This document shows, piece by piece, positions 12,481 to 25,206 of a stretch of 64,000 nucleotides of DNA. This DNA is from Hypanus sabinus (lineage: Eukaryota). Each line of letters begins with the position of its first letter. The stretch's first letter is position 1. A program made the translations under genes and the position numbers. Where the stretch lies: assembly GCF_030144855.1 (NCBI RefSeq), contig NC_082709.1:170500001-170564000 (forward strand). Reading direction: 5' to 3'. The notes beneath the pieces are model-generated. The model was not told where the DNA came from, ran no database searches, and was given only the letters and a program-made list of their open reading frames with translations.

Positions 12481-13104
12481 CCGGAATGTTAGGTGGATTC
12501 CCTTAATGTAGAACGCCTGTGCTTGACTTTGTTTAACGCAGGAGGCTGATGCATGAGAGGCCACCACATGGTCCATGACAAGATCGAGGTCAGGCTCCAG
12601 TGGCATGAAATGCAAGGTGCCTGGGGATCCTTAAATGCTGCAGACATCCTCCAACTTCAGTGCCATTGTGATGTGTCAGCATCTTTTGCCAGCTTCACCA
12701 TTGAGGTCTTGGTCAGACAGCTCTTCGTCTTGAACATTCCCCTTGACCTTACTACCATGGGTGACCCTATCTGGAGACAGCATCACTCTCAGGATGTCAG
12801 GAACTCACAAATCTCTCCACCATGACAAGGTGATGATCCTCAGAGAAGATATAACAATGTACCATTATTGTGAAAATCTTGCAGGTCAGTTACTCCATCC
12901 CTGTGATCCTGCGGCTTTTGTCCTTTGTAAAGTGCAACTACTATGGCAAAGCTGTCACTTCTCATCCATCCCTAATAGTTCCTAACCTGAGGAGGGAGTT
13001 AAATGTTAATCACATTTGTGGATGGAGTCATGCAAATCCTATACTAGAAAAGATATTCTCTTTCCCTGAAATGCATAGTCCTCCAACAGACCATGAACTT
13101 CATA

Positions 13105-13480
13105 AAGACAAGAGATTCTGAAGATGGTGGAAATCCAGAGCAGAAAACACAAAAATGATGGAGGAAATCAGCAGGCCAGGAAGCATCTAGGGAAAGGAAT
13201 GAAAAGTCAACATTTGGGTCTGAGACCCTTCTTCAGCTCTGGAAAGGAAGGGGGAAGAAGCCTGAACAAGAAGGTAATGGGAGGGGAAGGAATACAAGCC
13301 AACAGGTGAAAGCAGAGGGGGAATGAAGGGAGAAGTTGACAGTCAATACGTGGAAGAGGTTGTAATCTGTTTGGAGACGTGAGTGGACGGTGGGAGAAAG
13401 GGAAAGAGCAGGGGCACCAGAAAGACATGATGAGCAGATGAAGAGAAGTGGGAAGCTGGAATGGGAAAAACTACCAGAAG
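13105..13480. mobile_element. Penelope-derived pLTR fragment with hammerhead-like relic
   Basis: Family arm (cagcaggccagg.agcatc) and, on minus, CTGAAGA-agggtctcagacc-CAAATGTT. Confidence 0.6.
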
Positions 13481-13720
13481 TTGATATTCATGGTTTCCTT
13501 TCCTTCTGTATCAACTTAATTTGGTTATTTGGATTGAAGTTCTCTGCCAGCCATAGTTGCATTCAAATTCCCATCTCTAATTCAGTTCTCTTTGTTATAA
13601 CCTACTCACTATGCTGTTCTTGTCTCTTTGCTTTTGTCTCTGTTGTTTGTGAGGATATTTAATCAATCTATGTGTTAAGACTTTCACTCTTTGGTGCAGA
13701 AGGAATAGTCCAATACTCAC

Positions 13721-13803
13721 TGGGTCCTGTAGCACAGTGGTTATTGCAGTACTATCCAGAGGTATAAGCTGTTGTGTTGGAGAAATTAGACTGAATTGAG
13801 TAA
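13721..13803 (-). CDS. Possible distal cytoplasmic exon (V)TQFSLISPTQQLIPLDSTAITTVLQDP, phase 1-0
   Basis: TACTAAT branch-point-like motif, acceptor gtctatttAG, donor CCA|GTGAGT. Only the phase-1 frame is open, which fits the upstream exon. No homology support. Confidence 0.35.
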
Positions 13804-14309
13804 CTAAATAGACACTAAATAAATTAGTAGTGCCAGGCATTATAACTGCGAAACTATTGAAGTGCTGTAAAAACCAGCCTGATCCTTTAAAGCAGAGGTT
13901 CATAGGTTCTTGGTTAGTAAGAGTGTCAAAGCAAATTGGAAGGAAGCGAGAGAATGGGGTTGAGAGGGATCATGAATCAGGCATTGTGGAATGGCAGAGC
14001 AAACTCGATAGGCCAAGAGCTGACCTGCCAGGCCTCCAAAAATTTGGGCTCAGAAATCTCCCTGTGACTCAGTATCCTAGCGCCGTTCATTTAGTCATCA
14101 AACCTGATCTCAAAGACGCCACCCGCCTGGATGTTGTGTATTCTCCTCTTTCCCACTGGGCAGAAGGCACAAGCCTGAAGCTTGTACTGTACAACCAGGC
14201 TCAAGGACAGCTTCTTCCCTGCTGTTATCAAACTATTCAATGGTTCAGTACCATAAGATGGAATCTTGACCTCACAATCTACCTCGTATGATTTTGACCC
14301 TTATTGTCT

Positions 14310-15190
14310 GTCAGCACTGCACTTCAGCTCATCTAATCCATACTGAACCATTTAAACTGCCTACTCCTATTGACCTGCACCGGGACCGTTGCCCGCCATA
14401 CTCTACCATCCATGTACCTATCCAAACTTCTCTTAAACATTGAAATCAAGCTTTCATGCATCACCTGTTCCACATGCTCTCAACCCTCTAAGTGAAGAGG
14501 TTTCCCTTAATGTTCCCCTTAAACCTTTCACTTTCCACCCTTAACCCATGACCTCTACTTGTTGTCCCACCCATCCTCAGTGGAAAAAGCCTGCTTACAT
14601 TTACCATATCTATGCCTCTCATAATTTTGTATGCCTCTGTCAAATCCCCCTTTAATCTTCGACATTCCAAGGAACAAAGTCCTATCCTATCGATCTTTCC
14701 TTATAACTCGGGTCCTCCAGTACCAGCAACATCCGCGTAAATTTCATCTGTACTCTTTCAACCTTATTTTCATATTCCCTGTGGAAAACAGTATACAATA
14801 CTTCAAATTGGGCTTCACCAATGTCTTATACAACTTCAACATAACATCCCATCTCCTGTACTTTGATTTATGAAGCCAATGTGCCAAAAGCTTTCTGTGC
14901 AGCCCTATCTACGTGTGATGCTACATTCAATGAACTATGGACCTGTACTCACAGATCCATTGTTCTGTAGCACTCTTCGGTACCCTACCATTCAGTGTGT
15001 AAGACCTACCCTGGTTGGTCCTACCAAAGTGCAAAACCTCACACTTGTCTGCAGTAAAGTCCATCTGCTAATTTTCAGTCCATTTTCCCAGCTGGTCCAG
15101 ATCCCACTGCAAGCTCTGATAACCTTCCTCACCATCCACTACATCCCCAATCTTGGTGTCATCTGCAAATCTGCTGATCCAGTTATCTGC
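14310..15190 (-). mobile_element. CR1 LINE 3' fragment
   Basis: RRLKGDLTEAYKIMRGID...RGHGLRV...KGNLFT. Confidence 0.85.
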
Positions 15191-16119
15191 TGATCATTGA
15201 TATAGATGGCAAATACCTAACATCTAAACAATTCAGATTTGTGAATAATCCTACACATTTTGTAGAAAACATACCCAAATATCTTTTAATAATCTTACTG
15301 TTATTTTCCCAACAGGTAGGCGGGACATGACCTTTGATACTTAGCCTACTGATCATACATGAAAGCATCATGTTAACCAAATCATCATTACCTACCTCCA
15401 AGATATTGTTGCTCTTTTCTCCAGAACATGTATCAATCCAGTAGGGTGAAGCCAAACCTGGTCATGAAACAATATCAAGAACAGCTTACTAACAGCTTAC
15501 ATTGTTATATTTTCACAAGAATTTTTAATAAATTTCTCCTTTGTAACTACAATGCACGTAGTAAATGGTTACAAATTATGACTCGACTATCATCAGTTGT
15601 TGCAATAATTGCACGTTGATTGACACCAAGTTTGAATTATCCATCTTTGCAGAACACCAGTGATTCCTTGCTACCTGCAACTTTAGTTCTCCATCCCACT
15701 CATTCAGATCCAACTTTCTATGGCCATCTACACTAAGATAATGATGCCCAATGTAAGCTTGAGGAGCAGCGTCACATCTTCTATCTGGACATGTTGCAAC
15801 CTTCAGCACAAAACAGATGCTGCCCAACCTATTTCCTATAAATTTTGTTCTTATTTCAATTTCTACAGTCTTCTAGATTATTTGTTACTGAATTATCTGT
15901 TTTGTTTTTGAAGCTTCCTTCTTATTTCATGCGTTCCTATCCAAATTTGATTGGGGTGAAAGACAAATCAGACATAACCTGTTTAAGATTGCACTACTGA
16001 ACACTACTGACAGCTTTCTGGTAATCAAAAAGTTAAGAAATCCGACTAAAAACATCACTAAAAATACATTTTCTGAGGTAAATTGTGTTACATTATCACC
16101 GCAGACAGTGAAGGGGCAA

Positions 16120-16960
16120 ACGATGGTGAGGTGAGTTTGGGGGATGAGCCGTGATGGTGTGTTGCAGTATCAATGCAGATGGAGTTATGATGCCAATACA
16201 ACTGTCCCAGGTGTGAGGTTGGATTATTCTGGGCACCAAGAGGAGAAATCAGGGCTTGGGCAGAGGAGATTTGGTGCCCATATAACTAGCTCGAGAGCTA
16301 GAGAGCCTCTTCGGGCTGGGCAGTGAAATCTGGGCCAGCAGCAAGTCATTGGATAGCATGATCTAGGTCCAGAGCCTTTTGATGCAGCAGCACCTGGGTC
16401 CTAGTGTGAAGTACAATACCCTGTTTAGACAAATTAAATAACGGTCCAGATTGGAAGCGGTCCAGATTTTGCTCCCTCTCTGTGATGTTCACTTCTCTCT
16501 CCAGGGTACCAGAGCCGTTCACTGTTCTGTTGGTTTGTCAACTTAAACACCAGCCCAGATAGACTAAAAAGACAAGCTGTCGGGATCTGGGCCAGGAGCT
16601 GATTTTGCTTGTTGTCCGTGATAGTCACTCCTCTCTCTTTATGCCGCTGAGGCTATAAAGACTGCCCCGTCTGTTGTCTCCGTGTCCGCTAATTTGATGA
16701 ACTGATAAGCAAGGCTTTGGGCCTACTCTGGGCTGCTCCTAGGTTCAGATCTGAGGACTCAATTTTTGGTTCGAATTGTTGCTCATTTTAATTGTTTGCA
16801 TGATTTGTGTTTTTTTCCTCTTGCACATTAGTTGTTCATCTTTTATTTTTATTTTTTATTCGTTTTTTCACTGATTGGGTGCTTTTGGGTTTCGTGCTTT
16901 GTGGCTATCTGTGACAAATAAATTTCTAGGTTGTATAATTTATACATTCTTTGATAATAA
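16120..16960 (+). repeat. Unclassified interspersed repeat (retroposon-like)
   Basis: GC-rich 5' part and a 3' part ending ttgataataaa, similar to 60610-61095. Confidence 0.45.
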
Positions 16961-17745
16961 AGAATGGAGTTCAACCCAGAAAAATGTGAAGTGGTTCATT
17001 TTGGAAGGTCAAATTTGAAGACAGAATACAGTATTAATGGTAAGACTCTTGGCAGTGTGGAGGATGAGTGAGATCTTGGAGTCTATGTCCATAGGGAACT
17101 CAAAGCTGCTGTGCAGGTTGACAGTGTTGTTAAGAAGGCATATGGTATGATGGCCTTCATCAACCATGGGATTGAATTCAGGAGCCGTGAGGTAACGTTA
17201 CAGCTATACAAGACTTTAGTTAGACCCCACGTGGAATATTATGTTCAGTTCTGGTCACCTCACTACAAGAAGGATGTGGAGACTATAGAGAGTGCAGAGG
17301 AGATTTACAGGGATGTTGCCTGGATTGGGGAGCATGCCTTATGAGAATAGGTTAAGAGAACTTGGCCTTTTCTCCTTGGAGCGACAGAGATGAGAGGCGA
17401 CCTGATAGAGGTGCATAAGATGATGAGAGACATTGATTATGCAGATAGCCAGAGGCTTTCCCCCAGGGCTGAAATGGCTAACATGAGAAGGCATAGTTTT
17501 AAGGTGCTTGGAAGTAGGTACAAAGGGGATGTCAGAGGTAGGTTTTTCACACAGAAAGTGGTCGGTGCGTGGAATGCACTGCTGGCAGGTGGTAGAGGCA
17601 GCTACAGTGGGTCTTTTAAGAGATAGGTGCATGGAGCTTAGAAAAATCAAGGGCTATGTGAAAGGAAAATTCGGGACAGCTTCTAGAGTAGGTCACATGG
17701 TCGGCACAACATTGTGGGCTGTAAATTTTCTACATTCTATGTTTT
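16961..17745 (+). mobile_element. CR1 LINE 3' fragment
   Basis: LYKTLVRPHVEYYVQFWSPHYKKDV...RFFTQKVVGAWNAL. Confidence 0.9.
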
Positions 17746-17989
17746 AAATGTAGTTTGAATCTTTGATTCCTTGAACCCAATCACTGTCATCTTGGAAAGC
17801 GGCCAAATGAATTGAATGAAGTCAAAGGATATTGCAGCAGAGAAGGAGACAATTTGATTCCTATTGTACCTACAGCTGTTCTTTGGAACAGCTATCTGTT
17901 GCTATGTTGTTCATCCAAAGGCATTATTTTTTGACCATCTCTATTTCCCTCTCATCTGCATGGTTTTCTCTGAGGATTTTTGAGGGTGG

Positions 17990-18535
17990 TGTTAGGTTAA
18001 TGTGTGCAATTCTGGTTGGCCCATTCAGGAAAGATGTGGATGGTGGAGAAGGTGCTGAAGAGGTCCTTCAGGATGTTGCCTGGCCTAGAGAGCATTAGTG
18101 TTAAGGAGAGGTTGGAGAAATTGGATTTGTTTTTCCAGTGTGTAGGAGGCTGAGGGGTGAACTAACAGAAGCTTAAAAAAATTAAGGAAGACTGAAATAG
18201 GCTAGATAATCAAAATCTTCTTCCCTGTGTAGAACTGTCAAATTCTATGATATATGCATGTAAGATTAAAGGGGCAAAGTTTACTGCAGATACATGGGGC
18301 AGGGTTTTTACATAGAAAGTGGTTGGTGTCTGGAACAGGCTGCCCGGGGTTGTGGTGGAAGAAGGCACAGTAGTAGTATTCATGAGGGATTTAAACAGGC
18401 ACAAGAACATATAGAGAATGAGGGAGATGGATCATGTGCAGGCAGATAGATTTAGTTTAATTTAACGTCATGCTTTGCACAGATATTGTGGGCTAAAGGC
18501 CTTATTCCTGTGCTGTTCTGCGCTATGTTCTGAGT
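17990..18535 (+). mobile_element. CR1 LINE 3' fragment, old
   Basis: Degenerate C-terminal coding remnant and CR1-type tail. Confidence 0.7.
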
Positions 18536-18631
18536 AACCATCAGTTCCGAAATCACATAAGCCAGATCAGATCTCTATATAAGTACGTTAATAGACCTGT
18601 AGGCTTTTTATGACAATCTAAGAAAAGATTA

Positions 18632-18985
18632 CGTGGCAGGGTGGAGATACGTCTCTATCAAAGGAGGTGTATGACGCTCCTTCCCTCTGCTAGCCCATAG
18701 GTCACCTTTGAACTAGGTGTTGCACCTGCTTAGCCCTCTGATCCAGGTCACTTGAAGCCATGGAAGTAGGTGGTACATATCACAAGTCCTGGTTATGCAA
18801 CCACTGACACCAGGCAAACAACCTCAGAAGGGTATTGATAATGGCTGGGGTCACCCGTCTTGTAAGATTCTGCCCGGAACACAGCAATGGGAAACCACTT
18901 CTGTAGAAATATTTGCCAATAACAATCTAGGTCGTGGGACCATGATCACCCACGTCAAACGACTCGGTACATAATGATGATGAAG
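18632..18985 (+). mobile_element. Non-autonomous retroposon (probably RTE-related); inverted copy at about 35333-35730
   Basis: Two diverged copies in the window, with (TGA)n/(TAA)n tails. The RTE assignment is from recall only. Confidence 0.55.
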
Positions 18986-19669
18986 ATAAGATGAGCTTTA
19001 CTTGTCACATGTACATCGAAATATACAGTGAAATACGTTGTTTGTGTCAAATCAAATCAGCAAGGCTTGAGCTAGGAATTGTTACCACACTTGCCCACAT
19101 ACCATGCCCACAACTCACTAACCATAATCTAGTAGGTTTGTGCTCTTCATTAATAACACCAGACTATAATTACAGAATATGTCTCTGGGCCATTGTTCAG
19201 GTCATTGGTTGCTAGTACAATAACCTAACTACTGTCCCACCTTGTTCTTGACCTGCCATATTTATATCTAGCCCTACCCTTCCCAGCAATGTTTCCCCTT
19301 TCACATATTTATACAATTCCTTTTGTAAGTAATTACAATCTTCACCCTTTCAGTCATGTACTCCAAATAATAACAAGTAACTACTTCTTATCTCACTTCT
19401 GGAGCTAGTGACCTTATTACTGTGTCCTTTAATGATTAACCCTGTGAAGAAACGTCTCATTTCTATATACATTATATGGTTATATACATGTATACAGTTA
19501 AATGACAGTAAACTTAACTTGACTTACTTAAAGTAACAATATTGAGCCCCTTAAGTTGAATGCCTAATGTTTCCAAGCAAATGAAGACCCTCCCCTTTGA
19601 CACCATCTTAGTTAATGTCTTCACACATTTTCTACCTTAAATGTAACATGCAGAGTTGGGCACAGCATT

Positions 19670-21352
19670 CAAACAAGAGGACATGAGTTGAGAGTTAGGG
19701 GGCAAAAGTTTAGGGGTAACACGAGGGGGAATTTCTTTACTCAGAGGATGGTAGCTGTGTGGAACGAGCTTCCAGTAGAAGTGGTAGAGGCAGGATCGAT
19801 ACTGTCATTTAAAGTAAAATTGAATAGGTATATGGACAGGACATTGTTTTCTATTTTAGGATCTTCACTTCCTTTTGCTTTATCTAAATTGAATAAACAA
19901 ATAACTAATCCTATAGTAAAACATACATTACAAATATGGTTTCAATTTTGTAAATTCTTCTGCTTGAATAAGTTTATCTTATCAAGCCCTATTATATCTA
20001 ACTTTTTTTTAGCCCTCTTTTATGGATCAAGCCTTTGTGTTATGGAAAAAAGGTACAATATGTTTTTGTGATCTATTTTTAGATAACAGTTTTATGTCCT
20101 TTGAACAGCTATCCAATAAATATAATTTGCCTAAATCTCATTTTTTAGATACTTAAAAGTTAGAAATTTCTTGAATAATATGTTACAGTCTTTTCCAAAA
20201 TCATGTCCAATGGATATTACGGAAAAATTTTAGCTCTGAATCCTTGCCAGAGGGGTTTAGTAGCCATCATTTATAATATGATCGTGAAAATACAGCCAGA
20301 AGTATCAGAAAAGATTAAGAAGGAATGGGAAAAAGAACTTCACTGTCTTAAACTCACAGAACAGTGGGAGAAAATTTAACAATTAGTCAATTCTTCTTCT
20401 ATTTGTGCTAAACATGCCCTAATACAATTTAAGGTTGTACATAGGGCTCTCATGTCCAAGGATAAATTTGCTCTATTTTATTCTTATGTTAATCCAACCT
20501 GTGACAGATGTCATTCTGAAGTCACTTCATTGACCCACATGTTTTGGTCTTGCCCCTGTTTGCAAAATTATTGGAAAGATATTTTTGGTATTATTTCAAC
20601 AGTTCTGAATATTAAATTGCAACCGCATCCTATTACTGTAATTTTCAGTTTACCAATGGTGGATAATAGTTGTTTATCCCCCCCTCAGCCCGGCGGATGA
20701 TTGCATTTGTTACCTTAATGGCTAGAAGATCTATCCTATTGAACTGGAAAGAAATTAATCCTCCAACTATATTTCAGTGGTTTTCTCAAACTATTTCTTG
20801 TTTGAGTTTAGAAAAAATTAGAAGTGTTGTCTTTGACCCTTCAGTTAAATTTGAAGAAACTTGGAGACCATTTATTCAACATTTTCATATGAGCTAAGTT
20901 GACTTTTCCTAAACCTTACTCTTATCATCCTTAATTATTTGGATGGAGGTGCGGAGTTATTGACGCTACTGTGTATATTTGACATAATGCAATGGCCCAT
21001 GTTGGTTAGATTTTTTTTTTCTTTTTTTTTGGTGGGGGGTTCTTATTTTCTCAATTGTTTGTAACCAGTATGAGTTTGGGAGGTTATTATATATGGATTA
21101 TTATCTATTTGTATTTGTACCTTAACCTATTAATTATGTACTCTCAAGCTCTTTGTATTCATGTTTTATTTATGTTTGTTTAAAATCAATAAACAGATTC
21201 AGAAAGAAAAGGTATATGGACAGGAAAGGAATGGAGACTTATGAGCTGAGTGCAGGTCGGTGGGACTAGGTGAGAGTAAGCATTCAGCACGGACTAGAAG
21301 GGCCGAGATGGCTTGTTTCGGTGCTGTAATTTTTATATGGTTATATGGTTAT
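19670..21352 (+). mobile_element. CR1 3' end interrupted by an L1 insertion
   Basis: RGNFFTQRMVAVWNELPVEVVEAG...RYMDR resumes after 21210; (ATATGGTT)n tail. Confidence 0.9.
19842..21209 (+). mobile_element. L1/Tx1-type LINE 3' fragment with 16-bp TSD
   Basis: CDRC...THMFWSC zinc knuckle, AATAAA and A-rich end. TSD aggtatatggacagga at 19826-19841 and 21210-21225. Confidence 0.9.
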
Positions 21353-21499
21353 ATTCCAAAGGAAGACTGAGTTTTAGCTTAGCAGAGAACATAGAGCAAG
21401 GAGAGGCCTTTTGGTCCACAATATCTGTGCCAAACAAAATGGAGGGCTATGTAGGAGGGAAGAGTTATGTTGATCTTAGAGTAGGTTTAAAGGCGGCAC

Positions 21500-22040
21500 A
21501 ACCTTGTGGGGCAAAGGGTCTGTTCTATGTTCTTTGTTCTATAACATTAAATAAATCTACTCCTATTGGCCTGCACCGAATCCATATCTCCTCAGTCCCT
21601 CCGTGTTCATGAGTCTCCCTAAATGCCACTTCCATGTCTGATTCTACCAGCACCTCTATCAGCACATTCCAGGTGCTTACCACTCTTGGTATAAAAACCC
21701 TTGTCCTTCACACCTCCTTTCAACTGCCCCCACTTTACATCTATGATCTCCAGTGTTTGATGATTCTACCCTGAGCAAGAGACTCTGACTACCTTTGCCT
21801 CTCATAATTTTATCACCTTCTGTCAGATCTCCCTCCAGCCACCGACACTGCAGCAAAAACAGTCCGACTCTGTCCAACCTCTCCTCCGAGCTAATACCCC
21901 CTAATGCAGGCATTAACCTGGTGAGCCACTCTGCACCCTGGGCAAATCCTCAACAACCTTCCTGTACTGCGGCAACCAGAAAGGAACACAGTACTCCAAA
22001 TGTGGCCGAACCAAAGTTTTATGCAGTAGCATTGAGACCA
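21500..22040 (-). mobile_element. CR1 3' fragment, old
   Basis: EERLDRVGLFLL...LEGDLTEGDKIMRG. Confidence 0.75.
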
Positions 22041-22240
22041 CTGCATTCAGTTTTGGTTTTGCTTACAAGGAAGGTTTAGACTCAAGATCCATTATCGTTC
22101 TTCAGTACATGGGTGTGAAGGAGAACAAAATTGTTGTTACTCTGGATCCAATACAAAAAATATATAAAGAACACAATAAAAAAACAAACAAAGAACAATA
22201 AATATAAATATAAAAGCAATGCACGAGTAGCCGTTATGTA

Positions 22241-22803
22241 AACTCAGTGGCTCAGTTATTGGGTACTCCGGTAAACTTGCTCATTAATGCAAATGTCCAA
22301 TCAGTCGAGCATGTGGCAGCAACTCAACGTATAAAAGCAGGCAGACGTAATCAAGAGGTTCAGATGTCATTCAGACCAAACATAAGAACGGGCAAGAAAT
22401 GTGATCCAAGCAACTTTGTCTGTGGAATGATCATTGGTGCTAGACTGGGTGGTTTGAGAGTCTGGGCATCTCAGAAGCTGGTCAGATTTTCACACACAAC
22501 AGTCGCGAGTTTACAGAGAATGGTGCAAAAAAATCAGCAAAAAAAAACATCTGGTTCTGTGGGAGAAAACACCTCAATGAGAGAGGTCAGAGGAGAATGA
22601 CCAGACTGGTTCTAGCTGACAGGAAGGTGACAGTAACTTAAGTAAAGCAAACACTGCAACAGTGGTGCGCAAAAGTGCATCTCTGAATGGACAACACACT
22701 GGACTTTGAAGTAGACGGGTTACAGCAGCAGCAGATCATGAACATAAATTCAGTGGCCAATTTATTGGGTGCAGGAGGTACCTAGTAAAGTGGCCACATA
22801 GTG
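22241..22803 (+). mobile_element. Tc1/mariner-derived MITE
   Basis: Degenerate cagtggccactttattagg TIRs; transposase HTH remnant (GKKCDPSNFVCGMIIGAR). Confidence 0.85.
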
Positions 22804-23446
22804 CATAGACTGATTGTAACACACATAAAGTGACACTAGGTGACGTATATGTAGTGGTGGTGGGGTGGATTAATTAGTGGAGCTGTTGATCAACCAGGTG
22901 GCTTAGGGGAAGTAGCTGTTTTTGAGTCTGGTGGTCCTGCTATGGATGCTGCATAGTCTCTTCTGTGATGGGAGTGGGGCAAACAGTCCATGAGCAGGGT
23001 GGGTAGGAGTCTTCAAGATATTGCTGGCCTTTTACCAGCACCTTTCTGTATATACTGGATGCCTCTGGTCCTCCAAGCGGACCACAGCCATGTCATAGTG
23101 TTTGGAGGCTAGTCTACCTCAATGACCTGGAGAGCTATGTTGGCTGGAGTCAGGGCCTTGTGCTTTGACTCTTGATAGGTTCACCCATGTGACAGGTGAT
23201 AAGGTAGAGGCCAGACTAAGAGTGGTCCACTGGTCCTCCAGGCTCAGATCAGGGCTAACAACCCTGAATGGTCAAAAAAAAAGATTATGAAAACAGTATA
23301 AAAGCTGCCCTAAACAGCAGTGATATAACAGACAGTAACTAACTGTATGTCCTGGATGGTGGGTAGGCTGGTGCTAGTTTTGTTTAACTTCCTTGGTTTT
23401 GTAATCAATCTGTTTCTATTAATGCAATTTTCTCTTATTCTTTTAG

Positions 23447-23860
23447 ATCATAAGACCATAAGATATAGGAGCAGAATTAGGCCATTTGGCCCATTGAGTC
23501 TTCACCACCATTTCATCATGGCTGATCCATTTTCCCTCTCAGCCCCAATATCCTTCCTTCTCCCCATATCCTTTCAAGCCCTGACCAATCAATAATCTAT
23601 CAGCCTCTGCCTTAAATATATATACACACTTGGCCTCCACAGCTGCCTGTAGCAACAAATTCCACAGATTCACCACTCTCCAGCTAAAGAAAATCCTCCT
23701 CATCTCCATTCTTAAAGGACACCCCTCTATTCTGACGTTGTGCCTTTTAGTCTTAGACTCTCCCACCATAGGAAGCATCCTCTCCACATCCACTCTGTCA
23801 AGGCCTTTCTCTATTCATAAAGTTTCAATGAGGTCACCCCTCATTCTTCTGAATTCCAGT
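23447..23860 (-). mobile_element. CR1 3' fragment
   Basis: MRRIFFSWRVVNLWNLL. Confidence 0.85.
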
Positions 23861-24185
23861 TAGTTAAACATCTTCTAACTTATTGAGAAATTTACTAAAT
23901 ATTTAACTGTAGGATTACTCTCTGATTTACCTGAATGCACATGGAAGAACTTAACATAATTCATCACTCTCCTTCCAGTTTCCACTCCTGCTGAGGATAG
24001 AAGTAGGCACCATATTGTGTTTTACACTTCTTTAAACGATGTTGCCATGACAACCATTGACTGGCCTGTGTCATGCAATATACTGGAAGTGTGAAATTAG
24101 GACTACAAATCAAAGTTGGAGGTAGCAGGAGAAGGGGGGAGGAACAGATTTTCACCTGTGAATGTGACACTCCAAGAGCGCTTAC

Positions 24186-24283
24186 CTGAAGGATACTGCA
24201 AATCATTTACACTTTCACTTGACATTCCCATGTTTTCCACTCCATCTGCAGTCACCTCGAGGGGTTTCTTCATTGATATTTTC
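24186..24283 (-). CDS. IGSF5: IGSF5-like cytoplasmic exon (98 nt, phase 2-1), KISMKKPLEVTADGVENMGMSSESVNDLQYPS
   Basis: Acceptor tttatcattcaAG, donor CAG|GTAAG. Only the phase-2 frame is open. GVENMGMSSE resembles the recalled IGSF5 GNENSGYNSDE motif. Confidence 0.75.
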
Positions 24284-24565
24284 CTTGAATGATAAATATA
24301 AAATGAAATTATTAAATAGCTAAATGCTGCTACTACCTAGGTGAAGGATTTTAGTTGGAGAAAGTAGATGTGGATTTTGGAGCAGCAGGGATTGAAGAAA
24401 AAGATTGTTGTTTTCACAGAACTGGAAGAAAGCAGATGGCTCCAGTACAAAATCACAGCTTAAGTGTAAAGGACGTAGTGAATCAAAATATTTTAGAAGT
24501 TTTATACATTCCAGATAGGTGAAAAACATGGTTCAATTCATAATTTATCCATCTAGATAATTATA

Positions 24566-25206
24566 CATAGTTGATAACCACTTTATTAGGAACTTCATGT
24601 ACCTAATAAAATGGCGACTGAGTGCATTTTTATGGTCTTCAACTGCTATAACATACACCTCAAGATTTGATGTTATATGCATTCAGAGATGCTCTTCTGC
24701 ATACCACTGTTGTAACACATGGTTATTTGAGTTAGTTGCCTTCCTGTCAGCTTGAACCAGTCTAGGCATTCTCCTCTGACCTCTCTCATTAACGAGGCAC
24801 TTACATGCACAGAACTCTAGACTTTGTAAACTCTAGAGACTGTTGTGTGTGAAAATCTCAGGAGATCAGCAGTTTCTGAGATACTCAAACCACCCGCCTG
24901 CCACCAATGATTATTCCATGGTCAAAGTCACATTATATTTCTTCCCCATTCTGACACTTAGTCTGAACAACTGATGAAGGGTTTCTGCTTAAAACATAAA
25001 CTGTTTATTCCTCTCCATTGGTGCTGCACGACCTGCTGAGTTGTATTTGTCAGTCTGGATTTCCAACATCTGCTGAATCTCTTACATAACTGAACCTCCT
25101 AACCATGCCCGCATGCTTTAATGCATTGAGATGCTGCCACATGATTGGCTGATTAGATATTTGCATTAATGAGCAGGTGTACAAGTACTAATGTGGCCAC
25201 TTAGAG
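24566..25206 (-). mobile_element. Tc1/mariner-derived MITE containing a small Penelope-derived insertion
   Basis: Reverse complement of the 30147-30720 family; extra segment at about 24970-25085 beginning CTGATGAAGGG. Confidence 0.8.

Noticed and set aside
23964-24082. Exon candidate just after the 24186 donor (VYCMTQASQW...KLEGE*)
   Set aside because: The acceptor cacttccAG is plausible and in phase, but the peptide has no IGSF5-like or PDZ features. It cannot be supported without reads.
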